From Promethearchaeota archaeon (GTDB taxonomy: Archaea > Asgardarchaeota > Lokiarchaeia > Sigyniarchaeales > SOKP01), in the NCBI GenBank assembly GCA_048938005.1, contig JBHLMQ010000009.1:1-64000 (forward strand): a DNA stretch of 64,000 nucleotides, given 5' to 3'. Position numbers and translations under genes: made by a program. Shown in pieces: positions 1 through 9,417 of the stretch. The stretch's first letter is position 1, and every line of letters begins with the position of its first letter. The notes under the pieces were generated by a model. The model was not told where the DNA came from, did not search any database, and saw nothing but the letters and a program-made list of their open reading frames with translations.

Positions 1-1205
1 TTTTGGCCTTTTATTAGTCGCTCAAATGCATTTTCTAGTGTAGAAAGCGATTTTGAAGGGAATGCTATAAGTTCAAGAAGGTTTTTTCCAATTATTTCAT
101 CCACTTCATATTTAAATAGTTTTAAAGTGGCGGTGTTGCATTCAATTATATTCCCTCTAAAATTCATTAATATAACAGCGTATGGAGTCGATTCAAGTAA
201 ATGATGAAATTTTTCCTTTAATTCTTTTATTTTAATTACGTCATCATGAATTCTTTTTTTTAAATCGTTGCTTAAATCTTCATATTTGGCTTTCGAGGCT
301 AATAGTTTTTCTTCTAACTTTTTGCGTTCAGTGATATTTCTAATAACTCCAATAAATTTAATGTCACCTTGCTCTTTATAGACTCCTCCTCTGGTTGCTA
401 CTGGAATGTAGTAACCATCTTTATGGTATGCTCTATACTCAGCATAAAGAATTTCTTCTTTAATAATTGCCTCTTTCATTTTTGTTCTTATTAAGGATAA
501 ATCTTCTGGATGCACATAATCAAAGGCGTTTAATCCAATTAGCTCTTTAGGATGAAATCCAAGAATATCAAATGATTGAGGGGATAAAAAAGTAAAAGTT
601 CCTTCTGAATTGACTTCGACAGTAACATCTGATAGATTATTAATTACTTTCTCAAATATCTCATAGGACTTCTTTATTTCATCAATATATTCTTTTTTTC
701 TACCTAATTTTCTTTCCATGTCTACTGGTTTGAAAATTTTATATGGAATTTTAAAATTTTTTAGTAATTCTTCTACAACATTGAGTTTTGCTAAATCATT
801 CGTAGAGAGTTCAATTAAAGGTGTAGGTCTAGGGGTTTCAATCATAGTAAAAATAATTGCTGTTTCATTGTTATGATAAAAAATTTTTGAAAAAACTTCA
901 ATCCATTTGAAATCCCCTGATTTCAATAATACTCGACATTTATACCTTGTTGTGTTATTTTTTTTCTCTTTAAGCTTAATCTCAATTTGTCTTTTAACAA
1001 TAGATAAATCATCGGGATGGATTACTTTCATCCAGAAATCTTTTTGTTGTATTTCTTCTAAAGAATATCCAAAGTTTTTTAAAATTGTGTTATTCACATA
1101 GATAATTTGATCATCTTGAAGTACTCCAATTCCCAGTAAAGAATTCTCAATAAATTCCCTTTCGGAAAAAATATTCTTGCATATGTCTTGATAATTAATT
1201 ACCAT
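1..1205 (-). CDS. Multi-PAS domain sensor protein (probably a histidine kinase), 3' end runs off the window
   Basis: Manual translation from ATG at 1205: MVINYQDICKNIFSEREFIENSLLGIGVLQDDQIIYVN...; repeated PAS motifs (IHPDD, CHPED, FTFLSPQSFDILGF, DITERKKLE). Absent from the ORF track because it is truncated. Confidence 0.85.
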   Translation of the reverse strand, partial: MVINYQDICKNIFSEREFIENSLLGIGVLQDDQIIYVNNTILKNFGYSLEEIQQKDFWMKVIHPDDLSIVKRQIEIKLKEKKNNTTRYKCRVLLKSGDFKWIEVFSKIFYHNNETAIIFTMIETPRPTPLIELSTNDLAKLNVVEELLKNFKIPYKIFKPVDMERKLGRKKEYIDEIKKSYEIFEKVINNLSDVTVEVNSEGTFTFLSPQSFDILGFHPKELIGLNAFDYVHPEDLSLIRTKMKEAIIKEEILYAEYRAYHKDGYYIPVATRGGVYKEQGDIKFIGVIRNITERKKLEEKLLASKAKYEDLSNDLKKRIHDDVIKIKELKEKFHHLLESTPYAVILMNFRGNIIECNTATLKLFKYEVDEIIGKNLLELIAFPSKSLSTLENAFERLIKGQ

Positions 1206-1616
1206 TATTAATCATAAATTCCAAACTAATTAACCATATTACAAAATTTTTTAATTTATAAAAACTAGTGCTCCTATTATTTAAAATAACTTTTTATTAA
1301 AATTTATCTAATGTTTGTATCAATGGTACTCACTGATACAAATATTATTAAAAAAATTAATGTAATTACTCCTATAATAATTAAATACAAAAATTCTCTT
1401 AAATCTGGGAGATGTTTTGATTTTTGCGTTTCATTCAACCTAATTTCTTTTTTAGAAGAGTAATAGGTCAATTAAATATAAAAACTTCTTCAATATGAGA
1501 CAGATTTGAGTTTAACTGCCAACTCTGATGAATAAAACAATACTAATATTTTTATTGATGTGTAATCATCTTAAGGATAAGTGAAACTTGCTTTTATTTT
1601 ATATTGTTGAAAGCTT

Positions 1617-2177
1617 ATGGAAGTAGATACAACTATTTTAGTAAGGTTTTCGGATTTTTTAGGTAAGTTGATTGGAAAAAATAGAGGTTTTACGGAGCAT
1701 AAGGTTCAAAACTATTTACGACAGAATGTCAGATCTGATCTTGATTACGTAATAAAAAATTTTGGCATGACTTCGGATTCGGGACACACATATCATATTA
1801 AAATACCGGGTTTAGGAGAAATTCAAGATAAGCAAATAATTAATGATATTGACAACATCCGTGAAGCATGGAGAGTTCCCTTTCCCTCATTCTTAAAAAG
1901 TACGATACTTGTATTAGGGTTGAGTTTTATTTTAGCATTTACAGTTTCTTTCATCATTTACATCTTTACTTCTAATATTTTAGCAACAATGAGTACTGCC
2001 TTGATATTGTTTCCTATAACAGCATTTGCCGGGTTATATTACTTAGGATATTGTACAAAAGAGAGGTTAATCCAGAAGAGTCCCGAAAGTTTTAAACTAG
2101 TAAGCCAACTATTTTACTATCTTGAATTACTGATAAATTCCTTAAAGTTTTCTCTAAATTTTGATGAATTTATGTAA
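1617..2177 (+). CDS. Hypothetical membrane protein (two C-terminal TM helices)
   Basis: 186-aa ORF with hydrophobic segments ILVLGLSFILAFTVSFIIYIF and ALILFPITAFAGLYYLG. Confidence 0.65.
   Translation: MEVDTTILVRFSDFLGKLIGKNRGFTEHKVQNYLRQNVRSDLDYVIKNFGMTSDSGHTYHIKIPGLGEIQDKQIINDIDNIREAWRVPFPSFLKSTILVLGLSFILAFTVSFIIYIFTSNILATMSTALILFPITAFAGLYYLGYCTKERLIQKSPESFKLVSQLFYYLELLINSLKFSLNFDEFM
1937..2160 (+). repeat. Copy 1 of a ~220-bp direct repeat (copy 2 at 4077-4300)
   Basis: Ungapped alignment at offset 2140; about 26 mismatches over 220 nt by manual count. Confidence 0.95.
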
Positions 2178-2348
2178 ATAAAAGTAATATTTAAAAGAAA
2201 ATTATTACTTCTGAAAGAGCAAAAGTCATAAGAACTAATTATGGTATTGGTTATGAAATCTTATTTCTAACGTGAGGATTATAGAAAAAAATAGTAATTG
2301 ACATTATTGTAATTAATTTTATATATATATGAAATAATAATAAATACT

Positions 2349-2477
2349 ATGGAAAAAAAGAATATGATGATAATCGGAATAAGTGCGGCGATAATTATTG
2401 TTGTAATTGTGATTGTGCTCGTTGTCACACTTGGTGGCGGCGGTGGCGGCGGTGGCGGTGGTGAAATTATAATATAG
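2349..2477 (+). CDS. 42-aa single-TM microprotein with a Gly10 tract
   Basis: MEKKNMMIIGISAAIIIVVIVIVLVVTLGGGGGGGGGGEIII*; basic N-terminus, TM helix, GGT/GGC codon run; AT-rich TATA-like sequence upstream. Confidence 0.55.
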   Translation: MEKKNMMIIGISAAIIIVVIVIVLVVTLGGGGGGGGGGEIII

Positions 2478-2851
2478 TTTATGAATAATAGAAGTTGATG
2501 TTCATACTATGGATTTTTTTGAATTAGTAATTAACCGGAAAGTATCTTTATAGAAATTTCATAAAAATCTGCATCTGGAAAATATAAAGAACTCTCTTTC
2601 TTATATTGATATTAGTTGCATTTATTAATCATATCTGTTGTAATTGTAAGTGCTTTCGCACAATATCGGTGGATTCTAATATTGGTTTAGTGATAATTAT
2701 AGTTGATAAAGGTGTCTTTCTTAAGAGTTTTTCACAAAAATGTATGCATTATTTCTTTTTATTAAATATTAAGTACATACTTTAATCTTTTCAATTCTTC
2801 TGTTAATAAAGATAAATGTTTTTCTATTAAAAATTAATTACTTGAACGGAT

Positions 2852-4057
2852 ATGGCATCTATATTAGATTCTAATGAATCAAAGTTCAATAGGCATTTGA
2901 TAATTATTTTTATCATTATGTTCACTGAAATATTGGGCTTCAGTATGGTATTACCTATCATACCTTTTTTAGGATTATCATTAGGATTAAATCCTTTTCA
3001 AGTAGGGTTAATTATGAGCATTTTTAGTTTTAGTCAATTATTTGCAAGCCCTATTACAGGTAAGCTTAGTGATCGTTTTGGTAGGAAACCTATTCTTTTA
3101 ATAAGTCAGACAAGTACTTTAATTGGATTTTTACTTCTTGGTTTTGCGAATTCTGTCTGGCTCTTAGTCGCAGCACGTCTTATAGATGGGTTGATTGGAA
3201 GTAATATGACTGTTAGCCAAGCTTATATTAGTGATGTAACATCTCCGAAAGATCGAACAAAGATCTATGGGTATTCAAGTGCAGTGTTCGGAGCGGGTCT
3301 TATTTTTGGACCAGTTATTGGCGGGACATTGTCAACAATCAACTATTCCGTTCCAATGTTATTTGCTGCTGGAATAAGCCTGCTTTCTATAATTTTAGTA
3401 ATATTATTCTTACCAGAATCTTTATCATTAGAAAAAGAGAAATTTAAATTAATTTTTAATGATATTATTCCCATTGATGAAGTAAAACGTTTTTTCAGAG
3501 ATTCAGATGTACGAAAGCTATTATTACTCTTCTTTATCTATAACTTCGGATTTATGCTATTTATATCAAGTTTTGCATTATTTGCCGAAAAACAAGCACA
3601 AATTACTGCTCAAGAAGTTGGATTTTTAATGTCATGGATTGGGATTTTAAGAGTAATCTTTCAGAGTCTTCTCATCAATCCTCTTCAAAATAAATTTGGT
3701 GAGGATTCAGTACTATCTACTGGTATAATTTCAATGATATTTACCATGATCGTACTTATTTTTACAAGAAGCTATATCTTTGCATATATCCCCCTCATTT
3801 TTATTGCATTTGGAACTGGTGTGTGTCGTCCAATTTTTACGAGTAAATTAACTAAAAGCGTAAATAGAGAAGAAACTGGAAGTGTATTAGGTGTGAATAA
3901 TGCCTTATCCAGTATTGGACAAATTATTACCCCAATTTTAGGTGGAGCCCTCATTCAATATCTTCCTTCCCTGTTTCTCCCAGCTTTATCAGCAACTTTT
4001 TTCACCATATTGTTTATTCAATGGATAAAAGGATCAAAAAAAAAACATAAAATTTAA
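2852..4057 (+). CDS. MFS transporter, TetA/DHA1-like efflux family
   Basis: Motif A GKLSDRFGRKP; ARLIDG; AYISDVT; GLIFGPVIGG (motif C); ~12 TM. Confidence 0.92.
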   Translation: MASILDSNESKFNRHLIIIFIIMFTEILGFSMVLPIIPFLGLSLGLNPFQVGLIMSIFSFSQLFASPITGKLSDRFGRKPILLISQTSTLIGFLLLGFANSVWLLVAARLIDGLIGSNMTVSQAYISDVTSPKDRTKIYGYSSAVFGAGLIFGPVIGGTLSTINYSVPMLFAAGISLLSIILVILFLPESLSLEKEKFKLIFNDIIPIDEVKRFFRDSDVRKLLLLFFIYNFGFMLFISSFALFAEKQAQITAQEVGFLMSWIGILRVIFQSLLINPLQNKFGEDSVLSTGIISMIFTMIVLIFTRSYIFAYIPLIFIAFGTGVCRPIFTSKLTKSVNREETGSVLGVNNALSSIGQIITPILGGALIQYLPSLFLPALSATFFTILFIQWIKGSKKKHKI

Positions 4058-4076
4058 TCAGGAATTATCTGACAAT

Positions 4077-4311
4077 ATTTACAGTTTCTTTTCTTGTTTA
4101 TATCCTTACTTCTAATATTTTAGCAACAATGATTAATGCCTTGATATTATTTCCTATAACAGCATTTGCTGGGTTATATTATTTAGGATATCATAGAAAA
4201 GAAAGGTTAATCCAGAATAGTCCCGAAAGTTTTAAAAGAGTAAGCCAAATATTTTATTATCTCGTATTATTGATAAATTCCTTAAAATTTTCACTAAATC
4301 TCGACATATAA
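4077..4311 (+). pseudogene. Truncated duplicate of the 3' end of the 1617-2177 gene (repeat copy 2)
   Basis: Encodes ALILFPITAFAGLYYLGY..KERLIQ.SPESFK.VSQ; lacks the N-terminal ~105 codons. Confidence 0.8.
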
Positions 4312-4349
4312 GAATTTGAAGCTTTTTAAGAAACTTTTAAATAATTAAT

Positions 4350-5528
4350 TTGTTACTAATTCATAAAAACAGTTATTTTAGGGAATTGATCCAATTTCAA
4401 AAATTTAAAACGTACTTGCTAATTGTTGGTTTATTCTTTTTCATATTGTGTTTTGCTAATTCTGAAACTTATACTCAATCAAAAGATTATAGTATTTTAA
4501 ATAATTCAAAAGATATTAATTTAAATACGTTAGTTTCACCAGATTCTAGTGATTGTGTTATTTATATAAAATCAGACCAAGATTTGATTAATTATAGTTT
4601 CCCAGGTTCAGGAAGCGAAAGCGATCCTTACCGTATAGAAAATCTTTCAATATCATCCACGAAAGATTATGGTATTTATTTAGAAAATACCACCAAATAT
4701 GTCTTAATCCAAAATTGTTATATTTATGCTCATTATCGAGCAATAGAAATTTATAATACAACTGAAAATACTCTTACTATATCAAATAATACTCTTAGTT
4801 CAGACAATTATTTTGGTATATTCGTTGGTAAATCACCTTATATCAAGATCTTGAAAAATGTAATTTATAATTGTTATCATGCTATAGAATTCAATGATTG
4901 TCCTTACACGATAATAGCAAATAACACATTATTAGACAATGTTTGTTGTATCAGAGTTGAATATAGTTCACCATATTCACAAATTCGTGAAAATAATATT
5001 ACTAACAATTATGAAGTGATCTGGTTAGCAAATTCAGGAGGTCATTTTTTAATAAAAGACAATTTAATAGTAAACAACAATTTTGGTATTCTATTATCAA
5101 GCGGTCCTGGACCATACTTTCCAGATTTTTGCTCAATCATACATAATTTAATAGAGGGAACTGGATGGTATGGATTAATAGTGGAAAGTAATTATAATAT
5201 CATCTTTCAAAATTCTTTTGTAAATAATAATATTGAAGGCACAAACCAGGCGAAAGATCTGGGATTAAACAATATTTGGTATAATTCATCTGTACAAAAA
5301 GGAAATTATTGGTCGGACTGGTGGGGTTTTGGTTCATATAATATTGATGGTTCTGCTAAATCGTATGACCCTTATCCTTCAGAATTGCCATTTCACGCCA
5401 CAAATTCACTAATACCAAAAATTTTTATAGGTAGAGTGATCTTGAGGTTAACTTTAGGTTTAAGTTATCCGGCATTTGTAATAATTAGCTTTTTGATAGT
5501 TAAAAAATCAAAGAAAAAAAAGCTATAA
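4350..5528 (+). CDS. NosD/CASH-type parallel beta-helix surface protein with N-terminal signal/TM and C-terminal TM anchor
   Basis: GSGSESDPYRIENL, repeated I.NN.I..N..GI, GNYWSD, DPYP, C-terminal TM followed by a Lys-rich tail. Confidence 0.85.
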   Translation: MLLIHKNSYFRELIQFQKFKTYLLIVGLFFFILCFANSETYTQSKDYSILNNSKDINLNTLVSPDSSDCVIYIKSDQDLINYSFPGSGSESDPYRIENLSISSTKDYGIYLENTTKYVLIQNCYIYAHYRAIEIYNTTENTLTISNNTLSSDNYFGIFVGKSPYIKILKNVIYNCYHAIEFNDCPYTIIANNTLLDNVCCIRVEYSSPYSQIRENNITNNYEVIWLANSGGHFLIKDNLIVNNNFGILLSSGPGPYFPDFCSIIHNLIEGTGWYGLIVESNYNIIFQNSFVNNNIEGTNQAKDLGLNNIWYNSSVQKGNYWSDWWGFGSYNIDGSAKSYDPYPSELPFHATNSLIPKIFIGRVILRLTLGLSYPAFVIISFLIVKKSKKKKL

Positions 5529-5773
5529 CTGTCTATTTAAATTTAATTTTTTCTTTTAATATTTATAGAACCAAATGGATTTATTCATATATTTTATTAT
5601 TTGAATTTATAAATTTTCATATCCAATATCTTTTCCATTTTACGTTTCTTCTTAAATTCCTTAATAAAATGAAAATAAAATAAATAAATTATAAGCACAA
5701 AGTTTACTTATTAGATATCCATTTTTAATTAAAAATTAATACAATACAATTATAATAAATAGGTCAATTTAGA

Positions 5774-6565
5774 ATGGGAAAGAAAGAAATATTGCAGATT
5801 TTAAATCTCATCGGATTTATTGCAACAGTGATTGTTAATTTTCTGGCGATATTACTGCCAATTGGAGGTAATACTACTCAAGATTTATCTGATGCTTTAC
5901 CTAATTTGTTTGTGCCAGCAGGAATTACGTTTTCAATTTGGAGTGTTATTTATATCTTCTTAGGGCTATTTTCTGTTTATCAGATCAGGGATATTTTCAA
6001 AAAAGACAAGATTGAAATGAAGTACTTAGATGATATAGGATATTTCTTTATTATTGCAAGTATAGCTAATGTTGCATGGATTTTTCTATGGCATTATAAA
6101 TTAGTTCCGCTTTCTCTAAGCTTTATGATTGTTCTCTTACTTTCATTAATAATAATTTATCTTAATTTAAATATAGGGAAATCTGAAGTCTCTAGAATCG
6201 AGAAAATTGCTGTACATGTCCCTTTCAGTATATATCTAGGTTGGATTACTGTTGCAACGATAGCTAATGTAACTGCTGTAATAGTTGATGTTGGATTGAA
6301 TGTTTATGGATTACCACAAGAAGTATTTACTGATGGATTACTAGTAGTATTATTAACAATCGTCGTAATAATAGTAGCGGTTCTTATAACATTTGGAATG
6401 CTTTATTTACGGAAAGACTATGCCTATAGTTTTGTTATAGTTTGGGCATTACTGGGGATTTTTATTAAGCAAATTGCTTCTAATTTAACAGTAGGTATAA
6501 CTGCATTGGTTTCTAGCGTAATAATTCTCGTTGGAATTATATATTTAATTATTAAAAAAAAATAA
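5774..6565 (+). CDS. TspO/MBR-like tryptophan-rich integral membrane protein
   Basis: FVPAGITFSIWSVIY, AWIFLWH, PFSIYLGWITVATIAN motifs; multiple TM helices. Confidence 0.7.
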   Translation: MGKKEILQILNLIGFIATVIVNFLAILLPIGGNTTQDLSDALPNLFVPAGITFSIWSVIYIFLGLFSVYQIRDIFKKDKIEMKYLDDIGYFFIIASIANVAWIFLWHYKLVPLSLSFMIVLLLSLIIIYLNLNIGKSEVSRIEKIAVHVPFSIYLGWITVATIANVTAVIVDVGLNVYGLPQEVFTDGLLVVLLTIVVIIVAVLITFGMLYLRKDYAYSFVIVWALLGIFIKQIASNLTVGITALVSSVIILVGIIYLIIKKK

Positions 6566-6662
6566 TTATTTTTAAAATTTTTTTTCCTATTTTTTTTCTT
6601 AATTTTATGCAGTTTGCATTAATAGTTTATAAGGAAAATGTTTAAACTTTGTTTGATATAGG

Positions 6663-7139
6663 ATGAATATAACAATGGCAAATTTTAACCCTGAAAAACT
6701 ACATGTTGTATATAAAGATTCTGTAGATAGTAAGATATTAAAAATTCCACGAAAATATACTTTGACTCATTCTGATTCAACTGGAGATTTATTTCTCACG
6801 ATTGGACCTGAATATGATTATAAACAGATCTCAAGTTTTTATACAAGATTTATGAGAGATGAAGTCTTAGCCGAGTGGCAACTTAATAATAACATTTATG
6901 AATTACATGTTTTTCTTCATGTTAGTGGAGGATTTGTATTTGGATGGGCAAGTTTGCGAGATAGAATATTTCGTTCTCATTTACCTCTAGTTTTGAATGT
7001 TATAAGATATGGAGATAAGTTAATTTTTGAATCCCTTCCAATTCTTAATGATTCTCCAATATATATTCATTTTAACTCGAAAAATAAAAAATATAACAAA
7101 ATTGAAAATTATGGTCAAATTAAAGAGTTTGATCATTAA
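6663..7139 (+). CDS. Staygreen (SGR) family protein
   Basis: FNPEKLHV, PRKYTLTHSDSTGDLFLTIG, MRDEVLAEW, LHVSGG, IRYGD, HFNS motifs of SGR/Mg-dechelatase homologs. Confidence 0.9.
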   Translation: MNITMANFNPEKLHVVYKDSVDSKILKIPRKYTLTHSDSTGDLFLTIGPEYDYKQISSFYTRFMRDEVLAEWQLNNNIYELHVFLHVSGGFVFGWASLRDRIFRSHLPLVLNVIRYGDKLIFESLPILNDSPIYIHFNSKNKKYNKIENYGQIKEFDH

Positions 7140-7251
7140 TAAAAATAAAATCTTCCTTCTCTTTAGTTAATTTCAATAATATATTAATCCGATTTGAATA
7201 ATAAATTATTAACATTAGCTACATAAGAGAATTATTTCATTATTTAATAGT

Positions 7252-7851
7252 ATGAATCAAATAAGCAAATTGGTAGAAAAAGGATATAACAAAATTGCCG
7301 AGCTTTATTACAGTCATAGGGATTTAAATAAATTTAAGACTGAACTAGAAAAGTTCTCCTCCTTACTGTCTAAAAATACGCACATATTAGACGCGGGTTG
7401 TGGGGCAGGGATACCTACAGCTAAATTTTTATCAAAAAAAGGATTCAAGGTAACAGGTATCGATTTATCTGATAAAATGCTCACCCTGGCTCGGAAGAAT
7501 GTACCGGATGCTGAATTTATTAAGATGGATATTAATGATATAATATTCAAAGAGAACACATTTGATGGAGTAATAAGTGTATATACTCTTTTTCATATTC
7601 CAAAAGAAAACCACTATTCTATATTCATAAAGTTTTTTGAGATCTTAAAGCCAGGTGGGATTTTATTAATTAACACGGGAATATCCGAATTAGAAGGAAC
7701 AAGTAATTTTTTTGGAGTTCCAATGTTTTGGAGTAATTTTAATACAAAAACTACTCTAGAACTTGTAAAGAAAGCAGGATTTTCAATTATCTCTGAAGGC
7801 ATATTAGAAAGAGGTGGAGAATTACAATATTGGATTTATGGAAAGAAATAA
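7252..7851 (+). CDS. Class I SAM-dependent methyltransferase
   Basis: ILDAGCGAG, VTGIDLS, FDGVIS, LKPGG. Confidence 0.9.
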   Translation: MNQISKLVEKGYNKIAELYYSHRDLNKFKTELEKFSSLLSKNTHILDAGCGAGIPTAKFLSKKGFKVTGIDLSDKMLTLARKNVPDAEFIKMDINDIIFKENTFDGVISVYTLFHIPKENHYSIFIKFFEILKPGGILLINTGISELEGTSNFFGVPMFWSNFNTKTTLELVKKAGFSIISEGILERGGELQYWIYGKK

Positions 7852-7890
7852 TTTAAATTTAATTAATGGAGGTAATGAATTATAAATAGT

Positions 7891-8139
7891 ATGAGAAATA
7901 AAAAATTCAATTCTGCTGAAAAAGTTATTTTATTTAATGGGATTTTATTAATTGCACTATCTTTTATAAGTGAAATTAATTTCCATTTTATTCAAGGTTT
8001 TAGACCAGAATTAATAGAACCTGATATTTTTTGGAGAGCTGAAGCTACTGAAGTTTTCAATTCTATGAGTTTTCTTATTTTAGGATTATTATTGATAATC
8101 ATAGCTTTTATTCTATCAAAAAAAAGATTGAAATCCTAA
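7891..8139 (+). CDS. Small two-TM hypothetical protein
   Basis: 82-aa ORF, two hydrophobic helices, GGAGGT upstream. Confidence 0.7.
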   Translation: MRNKKFNSAEKVILFNGILLIALSFISEINFHFIQGFRPELIEPDIFWRAEATEVFNSMSFLILGLLLIIIAFILSKKRLKS

Positions 8140-8300
8140 TTATAAAAAATATTTAGATTAAGAGTAATTTATTTAATTTTTATAAATTTATTAATCCTAA
8201 AGGCTCAAGAATACTATTTAATAAGCAGAAGATTTCACTAAGTTAACATCACCTTTTACTTTAAATTTTTCAAATACTATAATCTTAAACTTAATTAATA

Positions 8301-8447
8301 TATAAAGAGAAGAGAAGGGAAAAGAAATCTGAGCAGAAATTTTATAACAAGGGAGAGCATTAAACTCAACCGAGTCTAATAGAGGGCGAAATCCAATGTA
8401 ACGCGTCAGATTATCTTATTTAAATTTCCCTTCCCTATTTTTTTATA
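8301..8447 (-). other. Imperfect long inverted repeat / candidate structured RNA
   Basis: Arms tataaa..agagaagggaaa..aatctga and tcagatt..tttcccttccct..tttata; inner 9-bp hairpin AUUAGACUC-GGUU-GAGUUUAAU on the minus strand. Confidence 0.5.
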
Positions 8448-8482
8448 AACTTTCACATATTCAAATATCTAAATTTTTGTAT

Positions 8483-8653
8483 TTAAGATTTGGTTTTTAC
8501 TTCTTTATTTTTCTTTAATTTTCTGAGCCTAACTTCGTATAAAGAATTTGGATCAATTATTCCTTCAGCAATTAGATCTGGTGGAATCGCAATTTTATAA
8601 TAATTACCTTGCTTTTGCGGTTTTGCTGGAAAAATTAATTCTTCCTCTGTCAT
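8483..8653 (-). CDS. 56-aa AbrB/MazE/SpoVT-like swapped-hairpin protein
   Basis: Manual translation MTEEELIFPAKPQKQGNYYKIAIPPDLIAEGIIDPNSLYEVRLRKLKK...; K.G....I.IP..........Y.V pattern; below the ORF-track length cutoff. Confidence 0.7.
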   Translation of the reverse strand: MTEEELIFPAKPQKQGNYYKIAIPPDLIAEGIIDPNSLYEVRLRKLKKNKEVKTKS

Positions 8654-8846
8654 ATATAGAATATATATTCTTCGTATAAATAATTAATGTAATTGATATA
8701 CTAAACATATATAAATTATACAAGTATTTAAATAACAAAAATGTATAACATGAAAATTATTAAAAATTAACGGAATTTATAAAATTAACCAAATAAAAAA
8801 AAAAGTAAATTAATTTGTTTTTAAACCTGAATTGGATAAGACATTC

Positions 8847-9179
8847 CTATTGAGGTGCTTTCATTCCGATCATTCCCATTGCTTCTACTATATTGAAAAA
8901 GATTTCAATTGTATATTCATATCCTTCGATTTCATGATACATTATCATAGCATTTTGCTGTCGGGTGAGAGCTTCATCAAGTTTACCTTCCTTTACTTCA
9001 GCTATATATATAGACTTTGCCTTATCTCTCTCTACCCTTATAGCATTTTGTACAACTTCTTTTACTAGCGATTTATCTGGAGGAAATTTTTTTCTCTCTT
9101 CAATATACTTTTCAGCAACCTCATTTCCCTTATTAAGGGGGAACCAGCTGGTTACAATAATATACGGCATAATTTTCAT
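8847..9179 (-). CDS. Hypothetical protein
   Basis: 110-aa ORF with globular amino-acid composition; overlapping plus-strand ORFs look like shadows. Confidence 0.75.
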   Translation of the reverse strand: MKIMPYIIVTSWFPLNKGNEVAEKYIEERKKFPPDKSLVKEVVQNAIRVERDKAKSIYIAEVKEGKLDEALTRQQNAMIMYHEIEGYEYTIEIFFNIVEAMGMIGMKAPQ

Positions 9180-9417
9180 CTTTTTGAATAAATAGATTTC
9201 ATTTGAAATTGGGTTTTAAACCAAAGGATAAATCAATAGTATAATATTTAAATATTTACAATTTTGTTAATGATGATCTCCTATATATAAAGTAAAACCA
9301 TAAAAAATTCAAAATTTTCGAGTGCGAAGATGCAGATGTTTAGGTATTAGAAAAAAAAATAAAAAAGAGATTAAAATTAATCTAATTTCAAATTATTCTT
9401 CTAAATTCCTCAGATTT

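Noticed and set aside
1937-4300. Diversity-generating retroelement TR/VR pair
   Set aside because: Mismatches are not adenine-specific (many C/T and synonymous changes) and there is no reverse transcriptase in the window.
8301-8447. tRNA, hammerhead/twister ribozyme or known riboswitch
   Set aside because: No cloverleaf or T-loop, and no complete catalytic or aptamer consensus matched by eye; kept only as an unclassified structure.
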